Shown in pieces: positions 37,312 to 44,806 of a stretch of DNA of 64,000 nucleotides (positions are counted from its first letter, which is position 1; the number at the start of each line of letters is the position of its first letter). A program made the translations under genes and the position numbers. The notes below the pieces were generated by a model that saw nothing but the letters and a program-made list of their open reading frames with translations, was not told where the DNA came from and made no database searches. Source of the stretch: an uncultured Saprospiraceae bacterium (lineage in GTDB: Bacteria; Bacteroidota; Bacteroidia; Chitinophagales; Saprospiraceae); contig CAZDQG010000006.1 in NCBI GenBank assembly GCA_964507535.1, positions 53,141-117,140 of the forward strand, read 5' to 3'.

Positions 37312-38262
37312 TTGAAAAGAACTTTTAGATACTTTGCTTTTGGATACCTTGGCTTGTGTATATTCCTATCTATAGTTGCATATCTTGTCATACCTGATCC
37401 TACCAGAAATGCAAACAGACAAATCCAGGAGTTTGCCTTAAGGGATCCAGGTGTCAGAGTTTGTTTTGTTTGCGAAGAACATACTCCAATCAGGCAATCA
37501 TTGTGGAGTCGAATGGTTCAAGGGGAAAAAGACGATTCCCGCTGTGTGAGCCTGAGATCGGGTCCGGAGGAAAAAGCGAAATGCATTCGACTCTGGTTTG
37601 GCTCAGACAAATTTGGGAGAGACGTATTAAGTCGCATTGTAGTAGGCATTCGGTATACATTAATAATTGGCCTTGGAGCGACCATAGGTTCTGTTTTATT
37701 GGGTCTTATTCTGGGAAGTTTGGCTGGTTATTTTGGTGGTAGGACAGATCAGATGATAAGCATTTTGATCAATATATTCTGGTCCTTACCCACTATTTTA
37801 TTGGCATTTGCAGTGATTTTAAGTTTTGGAAGAACGCTGAGTTCCTTGTTTATTGCGATTAGCTTAACCATGTGGGGAGATGTTGCAAGGCTGGTGCGTG
37901 GGCAGGTACTTCAATATAAAGAAATGCCATTTATACAGGCTGCAAGGGTTTTGGCCTACCCGGATTTTAAGATCTTGTTTCAGCAAATCTTGCCAAATAT
38001 TTTGAGTCCTGTTTGGGTCAATGCTGCAGGAAATTTTGCATTAGCTGTGTTACTCGAGTCCGGAATGTCCTTTTTGGGCTTTGGACTGCAACCACCCGTT
38101 CCTACTTTAGGTAATATTTTACAGGAGCAATATGTTTATGCACTATCTGGCAAACCCCTTTTGGCTTTGATTCCTTGTATTATTGTAGTTTTGCTCATCT
38201 TGTCTTTTCAAATTTTGACCTCCTATTTAAAAGAATTGGCAGATTCTAATAGAACAGTGTAA
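37312..38262 (+). CDS. ABC transporter permease, OppC/DppC-like (binding-protein-dependent family)
   Basis: 316-aa ORF with TTG start 4 nt after the mazG-like stop. N-terminal TM, then a large loop. EAA-like loop region (PFIQAARVLAYPDFKILFQQILPNI). Six predicted TM helices. No ATPase, partner permease or binding protein nearby. Confidence 0.75.
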   Translation: MKRTFRYFAFGYLGLCIFLSIVAYLVIPDPTRNANRQIQEFALRDPGVRVCFVCEEHTPIRQSLWSRMVQGEKDDSRCVSLRSGPEEKAKCIRLWFGSDKFGRDVLSRIVVGIRYTLIIGLGATIGSVLLGLILGSLAGYFGGRTDQMISILINIFWSLPTILLAFAVILSFGRTLSSLFIAISLTMWGDVARLVRGQVLQYKEMPFIQAARVLAYPDFKILFQQILPNILSPVWVNAAGNFALAVLLESGMSFLGFGLQPPVPTLGNILQEQYVYALSGKPLLALIPCIIVVLLILSFQILTSYLKELADSNRTV

Positions 38263-38265
38263 GAC

Positions 38266-39489
38266 ATGGGCAGAGAACAGGCAATTTTGACCAAAATGCA
38301 AAATGAGCTGAGCTTGAAACAGCTTCAGATAACTTCTTTGCTTAACATAACACAAGCAATTAATGAAAATCTGCCGCAGGAAGAATTGTTTCAGATGTAC
38401 AAGAGTTTTCTGACATGGGAGCTCAGCATAGAAAGGTTGGCGCTTTATATTAAAGATGGTGGTCAATGGCAATTAGTAGTTAGCCATAACGTAGATCCTA
38501 CAACCCCTTTTGAAAGTTTACCTCAGTATTTCTTAAAATTTACAAGGTTGCATACTATAAAGAAAGAAGATGCAGAGGTGTTGAAAGACTTTGAATTTAT
38601 TATACCGGTATACCATAAAACGGACCCCATTGCGTATTCACTTATCAGTGGAGTAAAGCGCAGTGACGACATATTTAACAATATCCAGTTTATTACATCA
38701 ATAACTAATATCGTTGCAGTTGCAATTGAAAACAAGCAATTGGTTCGAAGGCAAATCACACAGGAGAAAGAGTGGGAACTAGCCCGTGACGTAACAAAAA
38801 TGCTTATTCCGGATCAAATGACGGGAGGATCCGACTTTAGTTTGGCAAATGTTTACAGGCCTCACTATAAGGTAGGCGGAGATTATATTGATTATTTATG
38901 GTTTTCGGAGAAACAGATTTGTTTTTGCATCGCCGATGTTTCAGGAAAAGGAATTGCTGCAGCTATGATTATGGCCAATTTTCAAGCCCTTGTACAAAAT
39001 CTCGGACAACAGTACAAAGACCTCGAAACATTGGTTATGGCATTAAACCAAGCTGTATTACGAATCACTAAAGGTGAGAAGTACCTCACCTTTTTTATTG
39101 CATTTGCGGACCTTCATAAAAAGCGACTTCATTATGTAAATGCAGGACATATTCCACCCGTGGTGTTTCAAGATGGAAAACCTTTAGATCTGAAAGCCAC
39201 AACGACCATAATAGGGCATTTTGAGCAACTTCCCGAAATTCATGAAGTTGAATTGGATTTAAAGCCGGGAACCCTGTTGGTGGCATTTACAGACGGGTTG
39301 ACCGATGTAAAGAACCGATTTGGCCAAAATTTTTCATCAGAACAGTTAAAACAATTTATCTTAGAACATGAACATGAAAATGCACAGAAATTATGCAATG
39401 GTTTAATGGATCATGTTCTTCAATTTGGAAAGGGCACCGAAATACCAGACGATATTGCTATTATGAGTTTTAAATTTATGGGTGCATGA
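38266..39489 (+). CDS. GAF-domain PP2C-family (SpoIIE/RsbU-like) serine phosphatase
   Basis: 407-aa ORF. N-terminal GAF-like half (...IVAVAIENKQLVRRQ). C-terminal SpoIIE core GGDYIDYLWF...CFCIADVSGKGIAAAMIMANF ... AFTDGLTD ... DDIAIMSF. Confidence 0.85.
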   Translation: MGREQAILTKMQNELSLKQLQITSLLNITQAINENLPQEELFQMYKSFLTWELSIERLALYIKDGGQWQLVVSHNVDPTTPFESLPQYFLKFTRLHTIKKEDAEVLKDFEFIIPVYHKTDPIAYSLISGVKRSDDIFNNIQFITSITNIVAVAIENKQLVRRQITQEKEWELARDVTKMLIPDQMTGGSDFSLANVYRPHYKVGGDYIDYLWFSEKQICFCIADVSGKGIAAAMIMANFQALVQNLGQQYKDLETLVMALNQAVLRITKGEKYLTFFIAFADLHKKRLHYVNAGHIPPVVFQDGKPLDLKATTTIIGHFEQLPEIHEVELDLKPGTLLVAFTDGLTDVKNRFGQNFSSEQLKQFILEHEHENAQKLCNGLMDHVLQFGKGTEIPDDIAIMSFKFMGA

Positions 39490-40259
39490 AAAAAAAATTT
39501 ATTGCCATCATTCTCGCACTTTTTGTAGGAACATTTGGCGTCCATCGATTTTATTTACGCCAACCGGAATTGGGTGTAGCGTACATTGCATTGTATATCT
39601 GGCTTGGAAGGTTTATTGGATTTCCAATTTCGGCCATCCTAGGTTGGTATGATGCCTATAAGCTTATGATGATGGACGATCAGGAATTTGACCGCCGGTA
39701 TAACAGTTTTTATTTTCGAGATCGGTATGGAAGGCGTCGTGAACAACCAAGGGAAAGATATTTTAGGAAAAGCGGAAAGTACATTATGCTCGATGAATCT
39801 GAATTAAAAACCTCCAGACAACCTTCCGAATATTTTAAAAATTTAAAAAAGCTTAAAGAAGCGGAAACTAACAAACAAGCAGGGATCCGGCTTTTCAAGG
39901 AGTTTGATACCAAAGGTGCAATACAGGCATTTTTACGTGCTTTGGAAAACAATCCTTCAGATATAGCCATTCACTTTAATATTGCATGTGCATATGCCAT
40001 AGAAGAACAGGCATTGGAAGCCTTTACGCATCTCGATAAGGCGGTATCCCTGGGATTCAAGGATACACAAAATATCATGAAGCATGAAGCGCTTGCGTAT
40101 ATTAGGGTGTTGCCAGAGTTTGAACAATTCAAGAAAAACCAATTTCATCTGAATGCGGATTTGATTTCAAGCATAAAGTCAAGAGAAAATCAGAAGGAGC
40201 CAGAGCGATTGGAATTAAAACAGGAATTACCGGTTATATTAAATAATCCTTCATTATGA
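39486..40259 (+). CDS. TM2-domain membrane protein with C-terminal TPR-like domain
   Basis: 257-aa ORF; its ATG overlaps the upstream stop (ATGA). TM2 signature ALFVGTFGVHRFYLRQPELG plus a second helix. C-terminal TPR-like helices (GAIQAFLRALENNPSDIAIHFNIACAYAIEEQALEAFTHLDKAV). Confidence 0.75.
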   Translation: MKKKFIAIILALFVGTFGVHRFYLRQPELGVAYIALYIWLGRFIGFPISAILGWYDAYKLMMMDDQEFDRRYNSFYFRDRYGRRREQPRERYFRKSGKYIMLDESELKTSRQPSEYFKNLKKLKEAETNKQAGIRLFKEFDTKGAIQAFLRALENNPSDIAIHFNIACAYAIEEQALEAFTHLDKAVSLGFKDTQNIMKHEALAYIRVLPEFEQFKKNQFHLNADLISSIKSRENQKEPERLELKQELPVILNNPSL

Positions 40260-40912
40260 TAGCCCGACAACTCATGGATTCGTCTTTTAGCCCACTTCAT
40301 TCGAATGATGAAGTGCATCTGGCCCGCAGACTGATGCATGAACAAAAGATTTCAGAATATCCGGTATTTGATAATGGACAGTTCATGGGATTTCTCCATC
40401 TTAAAGATCTAGAAGACAAAGATCCTCAAGACCATTTGAAAGCGATAAAAATTCACGATCCTGTTTGGGTTGAAAAGGAGGAAAGTATTCGAACCATTTG
40501 GACCAGATTTCTAGATCATCATTCTACTTGTTTAGCGGTTGGTTCTCCAGGTGACTCGCTTTCCGGAATTATCAGGAGGCCTGATGTATTGAAATATACT
40601 CAAATGTGGTTGGGATTTGGTAACGACCATCATTTGCTGATTCTTAAAATTCGAAAGCATGAATATACCCTGGCAAATATGATTGGTATTTCCCAGGATA
40701 CAGAATGCCGCCTCATGGGTCTAATAACTATTGAAAGTGAAGACGAAGACCACCTCTTTTTAATTACAGATCTGATGTGCCAGAATTTGCAGGCGATCGT
40801 AGCTGCATTTATCCGATATGGCATTGAAATCGAACACATCATGCAGGAAGGTGAAGACGAAGACCTTTTAACGGATCGACTGGATATGTTGATGAGTTAC
40901 TTAAACGTTTAA
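40256..40912 (+). CDS. CBS-pair domain protein with acidic C-terminal domain
   Basis: 218-aa ORF; its ATG overlaps the upstream stop (ATGA). Two CBS-like units (QLMDSSFSPLHSNDEVHLARRLMHEQKISEYPVFDNGQFMGFLHLKDL; ...LAVGSPGDSLSGIIRRPDVL). Confidence 0.65.
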   Translation: MIARQLMDSSFSPLHSNDEVHLARRLMHEQKISEYPVFDNGQFMGFLHLKDLEDKDPQDHLKAIKIHDPVWVEKEESIRTIWTRFLDHHSTCLAVGSPGDSLSGIIRRPDVLKYTQMWLGFGNDHHLLILKIRKHEYTLANMIGISQDTECRLMGLITIESEDEDHLFLITDLMCQNLQAIVAAFIRYGIEIEHIMQEGEDEDLLTDRLDMLMSYLNV

Positions 40913-40916
40913 ACTA

Positions 40917-42314
40917 TTGTGCTACAGGGTACTTTTATTATTATTAATGATACCCTATGCAGGGACCTCCCAGAATGATGATTCATTAACAATTCGTAGT
41001 TTTTGTTTTAGTGGCCTGGTAAAAACGAAAGAGTGGTATTTACTTCGGGAAATCCGGTACAGGGAAGGGGATAAAATTTCCTTTTCGCGGTTGGACGAGG
41101 TGATGGAACTGTTGAGGTCTGACCTCCGTAAGACAAATCTTCTCACCCATATAGAAGTTACCCCTCTGCTTGATTTTAATGGAAAAAATGAGGTGGAATT
41201 TCAGATTTACTTACAAGAAAACTGGTTTGTATTTCCAAGTCTCATAACTGAAATTGCAGATCGGAATTTCAATGTATGGTGGAATGAATACAATCATTCC
41301 TTGAATCGCATTAATCTTGGACTCGCAATTCAACACACAAACTTAACCGGGTGCAAAGATGAATTGACATTAAGTTATCATTTTGGGTACACAAAAAGAG
41401 CAGTTGCAAAATATTACCGCCCTGCATTCAATACCACATCCAAACTCGGATTCGGAGGAGCCATGTATTACACGGAATACAAAGAAACACCGATTACAAC
41501 ATTGAACAATAAACAAATATTTATTAAAGACGGAGATAAAATTTTGTATAGAAGACGTGAAATTTCATGTGGTATAAATTACAAAAAAAGTACCTTTTGG
41601 ACCTTTGATTTACAGCTTAACCACCACAGAAATTCTCTTAACAAGGAGTTGGCAGAAAAATATCCTGATTTCTTTTTACAATCTTCCACAAAGCAGGTTT
41701 ATACCCAGTTGAGCATTTCTGCACTGTATTTTGATCTTGATCACATTTTGAAGCCAACGCGTGGTTTACTGGCCAAATGGACAATCACGCAAACAGGAAT
41801 TCCATATGTAGAGCAATATTCCTACAACAGTTTATTTCAAACAGTGAAAATGTGTCATTCGTTTGGAAAACGTATCTTTCTTGAAACGGCACTTTCGGCC
41901 AAATGTGGAATAGATCGTAAGAAGCGTCCTTATAATTTATACAAAGGATTGGGCTATACTGATACCAATATTTCGGGTTACGAATACTATGTTATTGATG
42001 GATTGGACTATTTTTATTTGAATAATCAGATACGGTACTTCTTTTATACATTTAATTGGAATCTGTTCAGGCTGCTGCCAGGGGAACCCGTATTTCGAAT
42101 TAAAACAGATGTTGATATAGCCCTTCAATGCAGCCAGGCATACGTTCACGATCCTTTTTATAATAAGGGCAACGAATTCGTAAACCGGCTCTTGTATAGT
42201 AGCGGAGCTGGCCTTAATTTTACATGGAATGATCTGGTCGAATTCAACATTTTTTACAGCATCAACCATGCCGGACAAGGGGGATTGTATTTTCACACAC
42301 GAAAATCCTTTTAA
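40917..42314 (+). CDS. Omp85/BamA-family outer-membrane protein, short form with a single POTRA-like domain
   Basis: 465-aa ORF with TTG start and signal-like N-terminus. POTRA-like FCFSGLVKTKEWYLLREIRYREGDKI. C-terminal barrel with surface-antigen-like strands ending GQGGLYFHTRKSF. Confidence 0.65.
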   Translation: MCYRVLLLLLMIPYAGTSQNDDSLTIRSFCFSGLVKTKEWYLLREIRYREGDKISFSRLDEVMELLRSDLRKTNLLTHIEVTPLLDFNGKNEVEFQIYLQENWFVFPSLITEIADRNFNVWWNEYNHSLNRINLGLAIQHTNLTGCKDELTLSYHFGYTKRAVAKYYRPAFNTTSKLGFGGAMYYTEYKETPITTLNNKQIFIKDGDKILYRRREISCGINYKKSTFWTFDLQLNHHRNSLNKELAEKYPDFFLQSSTKQVYTQLSISALYFDLDHILKPTRGLLAKWTITQTGIPYVEQYSYNSLFQTVKMCHSFGKRIFLETALSAKCGIDRKKRPYNLYKGLGYTDTNISGYEYYVIDGLDYFYLNNQIRYFFYTFNWNLFRLLPGEPVFRIKTDVDIALQCSQAYVHDPFYNKGNEFVNRLLYSSGAGLNFTWNDLVEFNIFYSINHAGQGGLYFHTRKSF

Positions 42315-43192
42315 TGAGAGTATTTCTGTTTTGCCATAAAGCCAGTACCGATGACTTACCACATATCGGTTCATTATTATCCTGTCTCAGGGAATATAAG
42401 GCAGAGGTTTTCATTAATGGACCTATTCTGGAGCAAGCCAGTCAAAGTTTACCTTATCGTGAAATAAGGACATGGAACAGTTATTCCGATGTTATCACCT
42501 GCAAGCCCGATTATTTCATTACACTGGGTGGTGACGGCACCTTGCTCAATGCACTAACATATGTTAGGGATTCTAGAACTCCTGTTCTCGGAATCAATCT
42601 TGGCAGACTGGGATTTTTGGCGAGCACGGAAAAGAAACTCATCACCGATGCGATTCATTATCTTGAAAGAGGAATGTATGAAATCGAGGAGCGCAGCCTC
42701 ATTCGCCTGGATTCAAATCATGGTCTTTTTGGTGAGACACCTTTTGCGCTAAATGATTTTACGATTTTAAAGCGCGACAATTCCTCCATGATCACGATCC
42801 ATACCTATATCAATGGTGATTTTTTAAATGCATATTATGCAGATGGACTCATTGTAGCAACACCGACGGGTTCAACAGGTTATTCTCTTTCTTGCGGAGG
42901 GCCCATACTATTTCCTCAAGCAGAAAATTTTATTATTACTCCTGTTGCACCACACAATTTAAATGTACGGCCTGTAGTCATTCCGGATAATGCCATTTTA
43001 AGTTTTGGAGTAGAAGGAAGAGCAGAGAATTTTCTATGTACGCTTGACTCCCGATATGAGGTAATTACAGCTGAGCACCAGCTTGCTGTTAAAAGATGTG
43101 AATTTTCGATTCGCCTTGTAAAATTGCAAACAGGAAGCTTTCTGAAAACACTTCAGGATAAACTTAATTGGGGCCTGGACAAAAGAAATTGA
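42314..43192 (+). CDS. nadK: NAD+ kinase
   Basis: 292-aa ORF. GGDGTLLNA and INLGRLGFLA motifs, TPTGSTGYSLSCGGP. ATG overlaps the upstream TAA by 1 nt. Confidence 0.93.
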   Translation: MRVFLFCHKASTDDLPHIGSLLSCLREYKAEVFINGPILEQASQSLPYREIRTWNSYSDVITCKPDYFITLGGDGTLLNALTYVRDSRTPVLGINLGRLGFLASTEKKLITDAIHYLERGMYEIEERSLIRLDSNHGLFGETPFALNDFTILKRDNSSMITIHTYINGDFLNAYYADGLIVATPTGSTGYSLSCGGPILFPQAENFIITPVAPHNLNVRPVVIPDNAILSFGVEGRAENFLCTLDSRYEVITAEHQLAVKRCEFSIRLVKLQTGSFLKTLQDKLNWGLDKRN

Positions 43193-43195
43193 GAG

Positions 43196-43960
43196 ATGAT
43201 AGCACAGATAAAATGGAAAGGCAGAGATTTTTTGGTAAAACTTCATGAAGGAATTGATCTTTCTATTTCATACAAAGAAGATTACAAGCAGGTGAATTGT
43301 TTTTATGCTCCTTTTTTCTCTGCGCAACCGGTTAAGAGCGGAACGTTTATCGGGAGTGTTCGAGCCGGCGGTCCAGTGAATTTTTTCAACAGTTTCATAA
43401 ACTTTCATGGTGGTGGTACGCATACAGAATGCGTGGGACATATTAGCCTAGAGCGCGAAAGCATCAATCAAATATTCAGGGAATTTTTCGGTATGGCAAG
43501 CGTAGTATCTGTATATCCAACGAAGACCGAAAATGGGGATCGGGTTATTACCAGGCAAAGCCTTGAATTGTTGTGTCCTGATGACGTGCAGTCTGAATTT
43601 TTAATTATCCGAACATTGCCAAACGGGGAAGAAAAGAAAAGCATGCATTATTCAGGGACCAATCCATGTTATCTTGAGGATATCGCTGCAGAGTGGATCG
43701 TTTCCAAAGGTTTTACACATTTATTGATCGATGTTCCCTCTGTGGACCGGGAAGAGGATGGGGGACAATTGCGAGCGCACCGTGCACTTTGGGCAGGTGA
43801 TCGTAGATTTTTTTCGACCATTACGGAATTAATTTTTGTTCCTGATTCTATTCGTGACGGACTTTATTTTTTAAATTTACAAGTCGCATCCATCGAAATG
43901 GATGCGGTCCCTTCCAGGCCAGTTTTATTTCAATTATTTTCCGGTGAAATCTCCAGTTAA
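43196..43960 (+). CDS. Cyclase-family protein (kynurenine formamidase-like, divergent motif)
   Basis: 254-aa ORF. FHGGGTHTECVGH resembles the HxGTHxDxPxH metal motif with Asp->Glu and Pro->Val changes. LLIDVPSVD later in the protein. Confidence 0.45.
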   Translation: MIAQIKWKGRDFLVKLHEGIDLSISYKEDYKQVNCFYAPFFSAQPVKSGTFIGSVRAGGPVNFFNSFINFHGGGTHTECVGHISLERESINQIFREFFGMASVVSVYPTKTENGDRVITRQSLELLCPDDVQSEFLIIRTLPNGEEKKSMHYSGTNPCYLEDIAAEWIVSKGFTHLLIDVPSVDREEDGGQLRAHRALWAGDRRFFSTITELIFVPDSIRDGLYFLNLQVASIEMDAVPSRPVLFQLFSGEISS

Positions 43961-44621
43961 AACCCGCGTAGTATCTCAATTCAAAAACATACCGGAGCGT
44001 GCGTTTTATGATGTCTTTTACTTTTACCATATTCATGCGGAGCACATTCATCAACTCGATTTTGAAGATTTTCTGGAGATCAAATATTCATACCTGGTTT
44101 CATTGTATCATCTTGATAAATATAACCAGCTTCATAAGCATGCGGATGAACTATTATATCTTTTGCTTAATGTGGTACAATTTGATGAAGGGCGAAAATC
44201 CTATTACAAGGATATACTGGATTTAAAGGCCAAAGCTTATGCCAACGAGCATAAACTTGAGCAAGCAATTGGTGTTTATAAAAGTCTTTTTGTTTTGGAT
44301 CCGCAACGCAAGGGCTTATTTCGCACCTTTTTCTTTTTACTCTTTCAAAAGGAATATTACACACACAGAAATCGACTGGGCTTTGTTGTCTTGCTGTTGA
44401 TAGCCACCTTACTAAGCAATGCCATCCTTATGTTTGTTCTGGATCCATTTTATCCAGAGTTATCCAATACAGGAATTCTCATGAGAAACATATTATGTTT
44501 AGCAAGTTTTGGCAGTTTTGGGCTCATCCAGGCCCTTAATACATATAAAGCATATGACGCTTTGTCTCAAATACTTAGGGAGAAAAGGGACAAGCAAAAT
44601 GGGCTGTCAATTAATTGTTAA
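43902..44621 (+). CDS. Hypothetical membrane protein (helical repeat N-domain plus 2 TM helices)
   Basis: 239-aa ORF. TPR-like helices (KAKAYANEHKLEQAIGVYKSLFVLDP). Hydrophobic helices (LGFVVLLLIATLLSNAILMFVL; ILCLASFGSFGLIQAL). The only ATG gives a 59-nt overlap with the upstream gene, so the start is uncertain. Confidence 0.4.
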   Translation: MRSLPGQFYFNYFPVKSPVKTRVVSQFKNIPERAFYDVFYFYHIHAEHIHQLDFEDFLEIKYSYLVSLYHLDKYNQLHKHADELLYLLLNVVQFDEGRKSYYKDILDLKAKAYANEHKLEQAIGVYKSLFVLDPQRKGLFRTFFFLLFQKEYYTHRNRLGFVVLLLIATLLSNAILMFVLDPFYPELSNTGILMRNILCLASFGSFGLIQALNTYKAYDALSQILREKRDKQNGLSINC

Positions 44622-44785
44622 GATCAAAGCACGTGCATCAGAATAATGGTATTAACGTTCTTTAGAGGGCAACAGGGTTACTTATTCCGGGAAGTCTGCA
44701 GGGGATCTTTCATTTAAATTCGGACACAAATTCGTCCTGACAATATGACAGAAAGCCTAGGCTGGAATGATTTATGTGGTTTAGC

Positions 44786-44793
44786 TATTTTTG
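44786..44793 (+). promoter_or_regulatory. TAnnTTTG -7 element upstream of secA
   Basis: TATTTTTG lies 13 nt upstream of the ATG at 44807 ([10 protein letters not shown]), inside the ORF-track N-terminal extension. Confidence 0.35.
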
Positions 44794-44806
44794 TAAGTTA
44801 GGAGAC

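Noticed and set aside
41937-42374. 145-aa ORF antisense across the Omp85-like/nadK junction, and a similar 137-aa ORF antisense in secA (46931-47344)
   Set aside because: They lie inside well-supported genes on the other strand. No signal, motif or promoter element is present, so they are shadow ORFs.
44629-44636. Second CACGTG-core palindrome (GCACGTGC) upstream of secA, possibly related to the 26-nt palindrome at 15915
   Set aside because: It is only 8 nt and the flanks are unrelated to the long palindrome. CACGTG is expected by chance several times in 64 kb.
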